Below are positions 29,413 to 39,168 of a stretch of 64,000 nucleotides of DNA, piece by piece. Made by a program: the position numbers and the translations under genes. Every line of letters begins with the position of its first letter. Positions within the stretch are counted from its first letter, which is position 1. The stretch spans positions 30,314 through 94,313 of the forward strand of contig CAWDRG010000013.1 of assembly GCA_963804645.1 (NCBI GenBank), written 5' to 3'. The notes beneath the pieces are model-generated. The model was not told the origin of the DNA. It saw only the letters and a program-made list of their open reading frames with translations, and did not search any database. The DNA comes from an uncultured Bacillota bacterium. Lineage in GTDB: Bacteria > Sysuimicrobiota > Sysuimicrobiia > Sysuimicrobiales > Segetimicrobiaceae.

Positions 29413-30368
29413 AGCCTCCCGGGCGCTCCGTCGGACGCGGCGTGTCGTCTCCGTAGTGCCATCATAGCAGAAATCTTCTCGGCGACCACGTCGGGTGGAT
29501 CGTCGTCGACGTCGATCCACCGGTACCGCGGATCCGCCCGAAACCACGTCCACTGCCGCTTCGCGTAGCGGCGCGTGTTGCGCCGGAGCCGCTCCACGGC
29601 CTCGAGGAGGCCGGTCTCGCCGCGGATGTGCGGCACCAGGTCCTTGTAGCCGAGGCCCTGCATCGCCGGAAGCGACGGGGCATACCCGGCGTCGAGCAGC
29701 CGCCGCACCTCGTCCACGAGACCGTCGGTGAGCATCCGGTCGATGCGCCGGTCGATGCGCTCGTACAGGCGCGCGCGGTCCAGCGTGAGCGCGACCATCA
29801 CGGGCGCCGCTTCCGGCGCCTCCGCAGGCGCCGCGGCCCACGGAATCCCGGTGCGCTCATAGACCTCGAGCGCGCGGATGATGCGCCGGAGGTTTCGCGG
29901 GTGCATCGCGGCGGCGCTCGCGGGATCGACCTCGGCGAGGCGGCGGTGCAGCGTGCCCGCCCCGCCCGCGCGCTCCTCTTCTTCCAGGCGGGCGCGCCGC
30001 GGCCAGTCGGGCGCGACAGCCGGGATCACTAACCCGTCCACCACGGCGCGGATGTACAGCCCGGTCCCGCCGAGGAGGATCGGCACGCGGCCGCGGGCGC
30101 GGATCTCGGCGATCGCCGCGCGGGCGAGCCGCTGATAGTCGGCGACCGTGAACACCTCGGTGGGGGCGGCAACGTCGAGGAGGTGATGCGGCACCGCCGC
30201 GCGATCGGCGCGGGACGGCTTGGCGGTACCGATGTCGAGCCCGCGGTACACCGTCCGGGAATCCGCCGACACGATCTCCGCATCGAGCCGGCCTGCCGCC
30301 GCCACGGCGATCACGGTTTTTCCCACCGCCGTGGGGCCCGCGATGACGAGCAGCGGGCTTGAGGGCAA
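29409..30368 (-). CDS. miaA: tRNA dimethylallyltransferase
   Basis: GPTAVGKT, SADSRTVYRGLDIGTAKP, GGTGLY, TRRYAKRQWTWFR; start codon uncertain (TTG at 30368 chosen). Confidence 0.95.
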   Translation of the reverse strand: MPSSPLLVIAGPTAVGKTVIAVAAAGRLDAEIVSADSRTVYRGLDIGTAKPSRADRAAVPHHLLDVAAPTEVFTVADYQRLARAAIAEIRARGRVPILLGGTGLYIRAVVDGLVIPAVAPDWPRRARLEEEERAGGAGTLHRRLAEVDPASAAAMHPRNLRRIIRALEVYERTGIPWAAAPAEAPEAAPVMVALTLDRARLYERIDRRIDRMLTDGLVDEVRRLLDAGYAPSLPAMQGLGYKDLVPHIRGETGLLEAVERLRRNTRRYAKRQWTWFRADPRYRWIDVDDDPPDVVAEKISAMMALRRRHAASDGAPGRL

Positions 30369-30402
30369 CGCTACGGGACGGCGCGCGGGACGCCGCAGAC
30401 AC

Positions 30403-31551
30403 TCATGGGGTGGTCTCGGTCTTCGGGGTCGCCTGGCCGCCGCGGCCCCGGCGCCGGCCTCTGCGGCGCCGCGCGGTCCCAGACGGCGCGGCGTGCGGCG
30501 CAACCGGCGCGACGGGTGCGGCCTCGGACGCCTTCGCCCGATGCGCGACGGCACGATGCACCGGCGGCGCCGTCGCCTTGATCACGGCCGGTTCCGGCGG
30601 CGTGCGCACGGGCGCGCGCTCCGCCTCCCGGGCGCTCGGGCCGTAGGGCCGGTCGTTCAACCAGATCAGCTGCCGCGGGGCCGATCGGCGATCGAAGTCG
30701 TAGAAGGCGCGGTACATCGTCCGCGCGATCTCCACCGCACGGACGGCGTTCTCGGCCGACAGCAGTGCCTCGGTGCGCGTCTCGCCGCCCCGGTCGGAGC
30801 GCTCGACTTCCTCGTACTCGCCCTTGTAGTGGGTCAGCATGTTCCGCCACGAGCGCAGCGTCGACAGCCCGCGCATCTCGCGTCCGCTCTCGGAAAACGT
30901 CTCGCCCGTCTTCCCCGCGAGGCGCGTCACCTCGACCCACTTGCCCTCGGGGGTCATCCGGTCGTAGTACCGGTAGCGGCCGGCGAGCCGATCCGTGCCG
31001 ACCATGCTGATGAACGCTTCGAGTGCGAAGTACGACATCAGGATGGCCAGCAGCGCGTTGGTCCGCTCGCACTGGCGGTCGGGCGGTGAGGCGTTAGCGC
31101 ACCGCTCGGCGGCCGCCGCGTGTTCGACGGCGAGCTCGAACATCGTCCGCTCGAGATGCGTGCGCTCCCACGCTTCTTCATCGCCCGCATCGGGGGTTGC
31201 GGCCGGCTCCTCGGCGCGCTCCGGAGCCGGGGCCGGCGCCGCGGCGGCCGCCGGTCGGTTCGCGCGTCCGGACCGGCGACGGCGGCGCTTCGGAGTGGGG
31301 ACGGCCGGTGCGATCTCCTGCTGAGGCTCCGCCGCCACGACGTCGACCGGTCGTCCCAGTATCGGCGCAAACAGGGCCTCCGCCAGCGCCTCGACATCCG
31401 GGCTGCCGACAAACGGCGGGAGGGGCATCGACCCCAGGATCTCGGAGGCCGACGGCGGCGTATGGCTCGCGAGTGCGGCGGCCGGCGCCGCGCGTCCGCC
31501 GCCGCGCCGCCTGCGCCGGCGCCTGGGACGTGGCGCTTCAGGTGTCACCAT
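30403..31551 (-). CDS. Hypothetical protein with HEPN-like core (RNMLTH) and Arg-rich low-complexity tails
   Basis: Central helical domain ILMSYFALEAFI...LRSWRNMLTHYK; three poly-Arg tracts in Ala/Pro-rich flanks. Confidence 0.7.
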   Translation of the reverse strand: MVTPEAPRPRRRRRRRGGGRAAPAAALASHTPPSASEILGSMPLPPFVGSPDVEALAEALFAPILGRPVDVVAAEPQQEIAPAVPTPKRRRRRSGRANRPAAAAAPAPAPERAEEPAATPDAGDEEAWERTHLERTMFELAVEHAAAAERCANASPPDRQCERTNALLAILMSYFALEAFISMVGTDRLAGRYRYYDRMTPEGKWVEVTRLAGKTGETFSESGREMRGLSTLRSWRNMLTHYKGEYEEVERSDRGGETRTEALLSAENAVRAVEIARTMYRAFYDFDRRSAPRQLIWLNDRPYGPSAREAERAPVRTPPEPAVIKATAPPVHRAVAHRAKASEAAPVAPVAPHAAPSGTARRRRGRRRGRGGQATPKTETTP

Positions 31552-31653
31552 GGACGGACTGTTCGCCGGTGGCGGCACGACCTCCCCCAGCGCGGCCGGC
31601 GGGCGCCGAACGCGGCGAAAGGACCCGGTGCCGTCGCGCCGAACACGAACATA

Positions 31654-34350
31654 GTGACGGAACTCACCCCGATGATGCGCCAGTACCGGGCGCTGAAAGA
31701 TCAGCACCCTCACGCAATCCTCCTCTTCCGGCTCGGCGACTTCTTCGAAGCGTTCTTCGAGGACGCCCGCCTCGTCGCCCGCGAGCTCAACCTCACGCTG
31801 ACGAGCCGGCCCGTCGCCAAAGGCCAGCGCATCCCCATGTGCGGGATCCCGCACCACGCCCTCCACACGTACCTCCGCCGCCTGATCGACCGCGGCCACC
31901 GTGTCGCGATCTGCGATCAGGTCGAGGATCCCGCGCAGGCCCGGACCCTCGTCCGCCGCGAGGTCGTGCGGGTCGTCACGCCCGGCACGGTGGTGGAGGA
32001 CGATCTCCTGGCGGCGCGCGAGAACAACTATCTCGCCGCCGCCGCCCGCGAGGGGGACGCGTGGGGCGTGGCCCTCGCCGACCTGTCGACCGGTGAGTTC
32101 TTTGCGACCGAGGGGACGGCGCCGCTCACGTTGTCGGACGTGCTCGCCCGCTACCGGCCGCGCGAGGTCCTGGTGCCGGACGTCGGCGGCGATGCGCTGC
32201 AGGTGGAGGAGGCAACCGCGACCCCGTACGACGCCTGGCGCTTCGACGCCGCGCTCGGCGCGCGGACGCTGCGCGAGCATCTCGAGGTCGCCTCGCTCGA
32301 GGCGTTCGACCTCCACACCGCCCCGCTCGCCACGGCCGCCGCCGGCGCGCTCGTCCAGTACCTCCACGAGACGCAGAAGGGACCGCTCCCCCACCTGCGC
32401 GGGCTACACCTCATCCCGCCGCAGGAGGGACTGGTCCTCGACGACGTGACCCGCCGCGCCCTCGGTCTCTGGCGCACGGCCCGCGACGGGAGTGCGTCGG
32501 AGACGCTGCTCGATGTAATCGACCTCACCGAGACTGCGATGGGCGCCCGTCTCCTGCGCCGGTGGCTCGCGCAGCCGCTCGCCGATGTCGGCGGGATCGC
32601 GGCCCGCCAGGATGCGGTGGCGGCGTTCGCGGCAGACGGCGGCGCGCGGGAAGACGTGCGCGCGCGCCTGCGGGCGCTCGGTGATCTGGAGCGGCTCGTC
32701 GGGCGGCTCGCGCACGAGACCGGCGGACCGCGGGACCTCGCGGCGCTTCGGGACGTCGCGGACACGGTCCCCCTCATCGCACCGGCGGTCTCGGGCATCG
32801 CCGCCGGCGCCGTGCGGGCCCTCGTCCCGGCGCTCGCCGTCCCCCCGGAGATCAGCGCGCGCCTCTCCCTGGCCCTTGAGGACGCCCCGCCCGCCTCGCC
32901 GAAGGACGGCGGTGTGATCCGCCCCGGATTCGACGCCGTGCTCGACGAGCTGCGCGCCGGCAGCCAGGCCGCGCGCGACTGGATGGCCCACCTCGAGGCC
33001 GCCGAGCGCGAGCGCACCGGGATCCGCAGCCTCAAGGTCGGCTACAACCAGGTGATGGGCTACTACATCGAGGTCAGCCACGCCCACGCGCGCAGCGTGC
33101 CGCAGGAGTACGTCCGCAAGGGCACCCTCGTCGGCGCCGAGCGGTACATCACCGCGGAGATGAAGGACCGCGAGACGCTGATCCTCTCGGCGCAGGAGCG
33201 GATCAACGCCCGCGCGTACGAAGTGTTCCGCGCGGTGCGCGACGAGGTGCGCGCCCACACTCCCGCCCTGCAGGCCGCGGCCCGGGCCCTCGCCGAGCTC
33301 GACGTCTACGCCGCCCTGGCCGAGATCGCGGTGCGCGGCGCCTACGTGCGGCCGCGGATCACGAACGGGCGCGCGATCCGGATCACCGGCGGGCGCCATC
33401 CGGTCGTCGAGCAGGCGCTCGGGGCCGAGCGGTTCGTGCCGAACGATCTCGTCCTCGGCGCGGACGGCCGCGAGCTGGCGATCGTGACCGGCCCCAACTT
33501 TGGCGGCAAGAGCACCTACATCCGTCAGGCCGCGCTGGCGGTGGTCCTCGCGCAGACCGGCAGCTTCGTCCCGGCCCGCGAGGCGGAGATCGGCCTGGTC
33601 GACCGCATCTTCACCCGGGTCGGCGCCACCGACGACCTCGCCGCCGGCCGCAGCACGTTTCTGTCGGAGATGATCGAGGTCGCGCGGATTCTCACGCAGG
33701 CGACGCCGAGAAGCCTCGTGATTCTCGACGAGGTCGGTCGGGGCACCAGCACCTACGACGGCATGAGCCTCGCGTGGGCGGTCGTCGAAGATCTGCACGA
33801 CCGGATCGGCGCCCGGGCCTTGTTCGCGACGCACTACCATGAGCTGACGGAGCTCGCCTCGCAGCTCGAGGGGGTCGTGAACCTGCAGGTCCTGGTGCGC
33901 GAGGACGGGCACCACGTCGTCTTCCTGTACCGGGTCGCCGACGGCGCCGCCGCCTCCTCATACGGCATCCACGTGGCGCGCCTGGCCGGCGTGCCCGACC
34001 CGGTGATCCGCCGGGCACGCGAGGTGCTCGCGGGGCTGGAGCGCGCGGCCGCCGGTCCGCGGCCGGCGCGCGGGCGGCGGGGGCCCTCGCGGAGCCAGCA
34101 GCTTCCGCTCGGGCTCGCGTCGCCGCTCGAGGACGCGCTACGCGCGATGGACCTCGCCACGATGACGCCGCTCGAGGCGCTGAACTTTCTCTCCACGCTG
34201 CGCGCGATGATCGACGCCCCGCCGGGCCTGCCCGACCAGGGCGCGGCTCCGCCCCCGGCCGCGGAAGCCGGGCGGTCACACCCCACCGACCGCGGCGGCA
34301 CCATCGTGCCCTTCCCCGGCCCCGGCGGACCGCGAGGCGGCCCGCGGTGA
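31654..34350 (+). CDS. mutS: DNA mismatch repair protein MutS
   Basis: TPMMRQY, FRLGDFFE, TGPNFGGKSTY, DDLAAGRSTF, DEVGRGTST, FATHYHEL. Confidence 0.98.
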   Translation: MTELTPMMRQYRALKDQHPHAILLFRLGDFFEAFFEDARLVARELNLTLTSRPVAKGQRIPMCGIPHHALHTYLRRLIDRGHRVAICDQVEDPAQARTLVRREVVRVVTPGTVVEDDLLAARENNYLAAAAREGDAWGVALADLSTGEFFATEGTAPLTLSDVLARYRPREVLVPDVGGDALQVEEATATPYDAWRFDAALGARTLREHLEVASLEAFDLHTAPLATAAAGALVQYLHETQKGPLPHLRGLHLIPPQEGLVLDDVTRRALGLWRTARDGSASETLLDVIDLTETAMGARLLRRWLAQPLADVGGIAARQDAVAAFAADGGAREDVRARLRALGDLERLVGRLAHETGGPRDLAALRDVADTVPLIAPAVSGIAAGAVRALVPALAVPPEISARLSLALEDAPPASPKDGGVIRPGFDAVLDELRAGSQAARDWMAHLEAAERERTGIRSLKVGYNQVMGYYIEVSHAHARSVPQEYVRKGTLVGAERYITAEMKDRETLILSAQERINARAYEVFRAVRDEVRAHTPALQAAARALAELDVYAALAEIAVRGAYVRPRITNGRAIRITGGRHPVVEQALGAERFVPNDLVLGADGRELAIVTGPNFGGKSTYIRQAALAVVLAQTGSFVPAREAEIGLVDRIFTRVGATDDLAAGRSTFLSEMIEVARILTQATPRSLVILDEVGRGTSTYDGMSLAWAVVEDLHDRIGARALFATHYHELTELASQLEGVVNLQVLVREDGHHVVFLYRVADGAAASSYGIHVARLAGVPDPVIRRAREVLAGLERAAAGPRPARGRRGPSRSQQLPLGLASPLEDALRAMDLATMTPLEALNFLSTLRAMIDAPPGLPDQGAAPPPAAEAGRSHPTDRGGTIVPFPGPGGPRGGPR

Positions 34351-36092
34351 GCGCGCGCGACGAGCCGCCGTCCCGGCAGCCGATCACCGTGCTGTCTCAG
34401 GCGGCCGCCGACCACATCGCGGCCGGGGAGGTGGTCGAACGCCCGGCGTCCGTCGTCAAGGAGCTGGTCGAGAACAGCCTCGACGCCGGCGCGAGCCGCG
34501 TCACGATCGAGATCGAGGGCGCCGGCAGCCGCCTCATCCGCGTGACCGACGACGGGGACGGGATCCCCATTACGGAGCTGTCCCTCGCGTTTGAGCGGTT
34601 CGCGACCAGCAAGATCCGGTCGGCCGAGGACCTGCTGCGCGTCGCGACCTACGGTTTTCGCGGGGAGGCGCTCCCGAGCATCGCCGCGGTCGCGCGGGTC
34701 GAGGTCGTGACGCGCCCCCGCGGGGAGGCCAGCGCCGCCCGCATCGTCGTCACCGGCGGCAACAAGTCCAGCGTCACAGCGGGACCCGGGGCCGACGGCA
34801 CCACGATCACGGTCGAGAACCTGTTCTTCAACACCCCCGCCCGGAAGGAATTTCTCCGATCGCCCGCGCGCGAGACCGCGCTGATCGCGGAGACGGTCGA
34901 GGCGCTTGCGCTGGCCGCGCCGGGCGTCGCCTTCAGACTGCTCGACGGCGGCCGTGAAGTGCTGTGGGCGCCCGCCGAGCCGTTCGGCGCTCGCGCACGA
35001 AGGCTGCTCGGTCCCAAGATCGCGGAGCACACCCTCGAGGTGGACGGCGCGGGCCGCGCTCTTCATCTCGCAGGCCTCATCGGGACCCCACAGGTCGCCG
35101 ACGCCCGCCGCGTCCACCAGTGGTTTCTCGTGAACGGCCGGCCGATTCGCAGCCCACTGCTCGCCCGCGCGCTCACCCAGGCGTTCCACACGCTCATCCC
35201 CGACGACCGCTACCCGGTCGCCGTCCTGAATGTGCGCGTCGCGCCGCGCGAGGTGGACGTGAACGTGCACCCCCGCAAGGCCGAGGTGCGCTTCGTCCGC
35301 GACCGCGAGATCTTCGACGACGTGGTGCGCGAGATCCGTCGCGCGCTGCACGGGGTGCCGCTCATCCACGTCGCGGCACCCGCGCGCGAGGCCGGCGCGG
35401 AGCCCGCCCGCGATCCCGCGTTCCCGGCGGCCGACGTCGCGCGACCCGATGCGGAGACGCGCGCCGACGCGGCCGGCGCGTTATGGGAGACGGCGGCCCC
35501 GCCGAGCGCGTGGCCCGAGATCCGCCTCGTCGGGCAGGTCGCGCGCACGTACATCGTCGGGGAGTCCGGGGGCGACCTGATCCTCATCGATCAACACGCC
35601 GCGCACGAACGGGTCCTCTACGAACGGATCCTGGACCAGCGGGACGCGCACGGGGCGCGCGCCCAAGGCCTGGTGGTCCCCGCGGTCCTCGAGGTGAGCC
35701 CCGGGGAGGCCGCGCTCTTGGCGGACCTCGGCCCGGACCTTGCGGCGCTCGGCTTCCAGGTCGAGCCGTTTGGGCCGCACACCATTCGCGTCACCGCGGT
35801 GCCGGCGGTCGCGGCCGATCGCGCGCCCGACGAGCTGCTGCGCGCCTGCCTCCAGGACCTCCGGGCTGACCCGGGCCCCCACGCCGAGCGCGAGCTCGCG
35901 GAGCGCCTCGCCATCGCCACCGCCTGCCACACGGCGGTCCGCGCCGGCGACCCCCTCGACGGCCCGACGATGACCGCGCTGCTCACCGCGCTCGCGCTGG
36001 CGCGGGACCCGTTTTCGTGTTTTCACGGCCGTCCGACGATGGTCCGGGTGCGCGCCCGCGATCTCGAGCACTGGTTCTACCGGCGTACGTAG
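34347..36092 (+). CDS. mutL: DNA mismatch repair endonuclease MutL
   Basis: IAAGEVVERPASVVKELVENSLDAG, GFRGEAL, DQHAAHER endonuclease motif, ACH, CFHGRP. Confidence 0.98.
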   Translation: MSARDEPPSRQPITVLSQAAADHIAAGEVVERPASVVKELVENSLDAGASRVTIEIEGAGSRLIRVTDDGDGIPITELSLAFERFATSKIRSAEDLLRVATYGFRGEALPSIAAVARVEVVTRPRGEASAARIVVTGGNKSSVTAGPGADGTTITVENLFFNTPARKEFLRSPARETALIAETVEALALAAPGVAFRLLDGGREVLWAPAEPFGARARRLLGPKIAEHTLEVDGAGRALHLAGLIGTPQVADARRVHQWFLVNGRPIRSPLLARALTQAFHTLIPDDRYPVAVLNVRVAPREVDVNVHPRKAEVRFVRDREIFDDVVREIRRALHGVPLIHVAAPAREAGAEPARDPAFPAADVARPDAETRADAAGALWETAAPPSAWPEIRLVGQVARTYIVGESGGDLILIDQHAAHERVLYERILDQRDAHGARAQGLVVPAVLEVSPGEAALLADLGPDLAALGFQVEPFGPHTIRVTAVPAVAADRAPDELLRACLQDLRADPGPHAERELAERLAIATACHTAVRAGDPLDGPTMTALLTALALARDPFSCFHGRPTMVRVRARDLEHWFYRRT

Positions 36093-36170
36093 CGACCGGA
36101 TCCTCCCCGGCCGCACCGGGAACACCGTCCTCGCGCGCATTCCGAACGTCATGCCGTCAGACTATACCGC

Positions 36171-36199
36171 TTGACGTGTAACGTATATCGTCAGATGCT
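36171..36199 (+). promoter_or_regulatory. Putative TA promoter with inverted-repeat operator
   Basis: -35 TTGACG, 17-nt spacer, GATGCT; TGACG...CGTCA inverted repeat at 36172-36193. Confidence 0.5.
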
Positions 36200-36205
36200 C
36201 GGAGC

Positions 36206-36484
36206 GTGATCAAGTCCTTCCGGTCGGAGGAGACGCGCGCGCTCCACGCGAGGCAGCGCATCACGCGATTTCGCGGATTCGAGCCCACGGCGCAGCGAAG
36301 ACTTCGACAATGGGATATCGCCTCGGAACTGCGTGACCCGGCATCACCGCCAGGGAATCGCTTGGAGACGCTCCGCGGTAATCGGGCGGGACAGCGCAGC
36401 ATTCGCATCAACGAACCGTGGCGCATCGGCTTCGTATGGCGCGACGGCGATGCCTACGAAATCGAGATTGTGGACGATCACTAG
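36206..36484 (+). CDS. higB: HigB-like (RelE superfamily) toxin, possibly degenerate
   Basis: MIKSF..., PPGNRLETLRGNRAGQRSIRINEPWRIGFVW...EIEIVDDH. Confidence 0.85.
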   Translation: MIKSFRSEETRALHARQRITRFRGFEPTAQRRLRQWDIASELRDPASPPGNRLETLRGNRAGQRSIRINEPWRIGFVWRDGDAYEIEIVDDH

Positions 36485-36486
36485 GA

Positions 36487-36741
36487 GTGAACAAGCTCGC
36501 CCTGGATCTTCACGTTCCGGTCACTCGGATCGCGGAGATCGTTCACGAGCGTCAACGCATTACTCCAGACACCGCGCTGCGCCTGGGGCGGTACTTCGAC
36601 ACCAGCGCACGCTTTTGGCTCAACGCGCAAGCGGCGTATGATCTCGAAGTTGCACACGACGCGCTCCAGTCCACGGTCGACCGCGATGTACGACCGCGAC
36701 GAGCCTCTGGATCGACCCGGAACGTCCCCGCTCGGACGTAA
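36487..36741 (+). pseudogene. higA: HigA-family antitoxin lacking its N-terminus
   Basis: VNKLALDLHVPVTRIAEIV...ITPDTALRLGRYFDTSARFWLNAQAAYDL; the usual N-terminal HPGEIL segment is absent. Confidence 0.75.
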
Positions 36742-36814
36742 TGTCGGTGGTCGGCGCCGCAGTCATCCCAGCCGCCGCGCGAGTCCCCCACGGCGGCGGC
36801 ATACGCGGCGAGCG

Positions 36815-37645
36815 CTACACGTACTCCCACGGCTCGTCACTAAGTCCGCGCCCCCACGCGTCCGTCCCATACAGCACCATCCACGACCGCGCGATCGCGC
36901 TGAGCGGCACCGCATCGTACTCGTCGGGGAGCAGCGACCGCAACACCACAAAGGCGTTGGGCGCGCTCGCGTAGACCAGGGCGTACCCCATCGATTCGCT
37001 CACGTTCCTTAACGCCAGCAGGCTCTGCCCCGCGCTGGGCTGCCCCGTCCACTGGAACGCGGGGTCGTACGGCATCGTCACGCTGACATCATGCGGCACC
37101 TGATTGTTGTATTCAATCACCGCGACCCTCGGCCGGTACGCGGTGCCCGCGGCCTTCCACAGCCAATAGTCGTTGCCGTCCACGTCGATGGATAGGAGGT
37201 CAAACTCACGAGGGACGCCGTACTTCGCGAACAGCGGCGCGAGGTTCTCGACGGTCACCAACTCCCGGTAGACCGGGATGCGCGGATCGTCATGCACGCG
37301 GTCCAGCATCACCCCGGACCACCCCTGCTCCCGGAGCCACCGCGTGTTGCATTCCTCGCCTTCACTGCTGCCGATTTCGACGTAAAACCGGTTGGTCGCA
37401 CCGACGAGCCGCATCAGACAGTCGATCACCCCGTCTTCCCCATTCTGCGAATAGTGTCTCGCCTCGTGAGCCCGCAGCGTCCTGAAGAGATCCATGCCTC
37501 GCCGGGACCGCGCCGCGCGGGGAGCCGCAAGGCGCCAGGCGAGCCCGTGGGCTCGCCTGAGCCGGTCCAAGGCGAATCCGGCGACCGCGCTCACCGCGCT
37601 GCGCGCGGCGTCTCTGGTCCCGTCAGCCATGCCGGGCGTCCTCAT
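36815..37645 (-). CDS. FkbM-like SAM-dependent methyltransferase-fold protein
   Basis: YSQNGEDGVI, FYVEIG, GWSG, FDLLSIDVDGNDYW, PRVAVIEYN; GGAGG SD. Confidence 0.75.
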   Translation of the reverse strand: MRTPGMADGTRDAARSAVSAVAGFALDRLRRAHGLAWRLAAPRAARSRRGMDLFRTLRAHEARHYSQNGEDGVIDCLMRLVGATNRFYVEIGSSEGEECNTRWLREQGWSGVMLDRVHDDPRIPVYRELVTVENLAPLFAKYGVPREFDLLSIDVDGNDYWLWKAAGTAYRPRVAVIEYNNQVPHDVSVTMPYDPAFQWTGQPSAGQSLLALRNVSESMGYALVYASAPNAFVVLRSLLPDEYDAVPLSAIARSWMVLYGTDAWGRGLSDEPWEYV

Positions 37646-37736
37646 CACGCGGCCTCCGTAGTTTCCAGCGCCCGCCGGTGCCACCGTCCGAGGACCGACA
37701 GCGCACCCGCGCCGGCCGCCGCGACGGGAGGCATGC

Positions 37737-39125
37737 TTAGTGCTGCAGATAGCCGTGGACTGTCTTGGCGACCACGAACATGCCGACGATCTGCCCGTTG
37801 CTGTTGACGGCGTTGAGATTGGTCGCCGTCGCACCCGGCATGTCGATCGTGACAAACGTCCCCGTCGGGGTGCGCGCAAAGCCGTGGCTGCGGCCGGCGG
37901 TGTCCTGAAACGTGCCCACGATCTCCCCGACCTCGTTGATCCCGCCGAGATCGCTCTCGGTCGAGCCCGGGACGTCGATCAGGCTGACCGCCCCCGCGGG
38001 AAACCGCAGAAATCCATGCGTGTGCCCGGTGGCGTCGACGGTGCGGCCGACGATCTGGCCGTCGTCGTTGATCCCGTTGGCGTTGGTCACCTGCGCGCCT
38101 AGCGCGTCGATCGTAGTGAGCGTCCCGGCGGCGCTGCGCAGAAACGCATGGTTGGGTCCGCTCGCATCCCCGAACGTGCCCACGATCTGCCCGGCATCAT
38201 TGATCGCGTTGGCGCTGGTGCCCATCGCGTTCGGAACATCGATCGTGACGAACCGCCCCCCGGGGGAACGCAGGAAGCCGTGCCGCCGGCCGTGCACGTC
38301 CACGAAGTAGCCCACGGTCTGCCCGGCGCTGTTGATGCCCTCGAGTGCGGTCTCCGTCGCGCCCGGCCCGTCGATCGTCGTGAACGCGCCGCGGACACTG
38401 CGCAGAAAGCCGTGCCGCCGGCGGGCCGGGTCCACGAAGTTGCCGACGATCTGCCCGGCGTCGTTGATGCCGGCGGCCGCGGTGGCGAGCGCGCCCGGCA
38501 CGTCGACCGCCGCGTGCGTCACCTGCGCGGACCCCGGATGAAACGTGTCGAGGATCTGGACGAGGACCGGGACGTCCCGGCGAATCCGCGCGTCGATGTT
38601 CTCCGTGGTGCCGGTCACGACGAACCCGCGCTGGTTGACGGTCGCGTACATCTGCACCTGGTACAGCCCCACCCCGTCCGACCGCACCCACGTGTAGTAG
38701 CGATACGCGACCGGGTGGCCGTCCACGACGGTGTTGCCCTGCTGCACGACCGTGTAGCCGCGCAGTCCCGTCTTCAGCGTCTCCGCCGCCTTCGCGGCGT
38801 AGTCCGCCACCGGCATCGGCGACGGGAGTTCGTCGACCGCGACGTTGACGTTGGCCGGCACGCGCTCGTCCCTGCGCGTCGGGGCGACCGCCAGGAGCGC
38901 CACCCCCGGGGCGTTCTGCTGCACGCGCCACGTGGAGGGAATGCTCAGGGTGAACCGGCCGGCGGCGTCGGTCACCGACTGACTCGGCGGGACCTGGGCG
39001 TGCGCCGCGCCCGCCACGGCGACGACGGCGGCGCCCAGGGCGCACACCACCAGCCGTACCAGTCCCGGCCGCGGGCGCCCGCGGCGTGCGCGCCCCCTCG
39101 CCCCGTGTCGTGCCGGCGTGCTCAC
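37737..39125 (-). CDS. Exported protein: PsbP/DcrB-like domain plus HAF-type extracellular repeats
   Basis: Signal peptide (AAHAQ), FTLSIPSTW...NVNV domain, then repeats of about 44 aa containing (G/A)(I/V)Nxx GQIVG...HGFLR; start uncertain. Confidence 0.72.
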   Translation of the reverse strand: MSTPARHGARGRARRGRPRPGLVRLVVCALGAAVVAVAGAAHAQVPPSQSVTDAAGRFTLSIPSTWRVQQNAPGVALLAVAPTRRDERVPANVNVAVDELPSPMPVADYAAKAAETLKTGLRGYTVVQQGNTVVDGHPVAYRYYTWVRSDGVGLYQVQMYATVNQRGFVVTGTTENIDARIRRDVPVLVQILDTFHPGSAQVTHAAVDVPGALATAAAGINDAGQIVGNFVDPARRRHGFLRSVRGAFTTIDGPGATETALEGINSAGQTVGYFVDVHGRRHGFLRSPGGRFVTIDVPNAMGTSANAINDAGQIVGTFGDASGPNHAFLRSAAGTLTTIDALGAQVTNANGINDDGQIVGRTVDATGHTHGFLRFPAGAVSLIDVPGSTESDLGGINEVGEIVGTFQDTAGRSHGFARTPTGTFVTIDMPGATATNLNAVNSNGQIVGMFVVAKTVHGYLQH

Positions 39126-39168
39126 CCGTGCCGCCGCCCTCGGATCCGACGCACCGGCGTCGGGGCGC

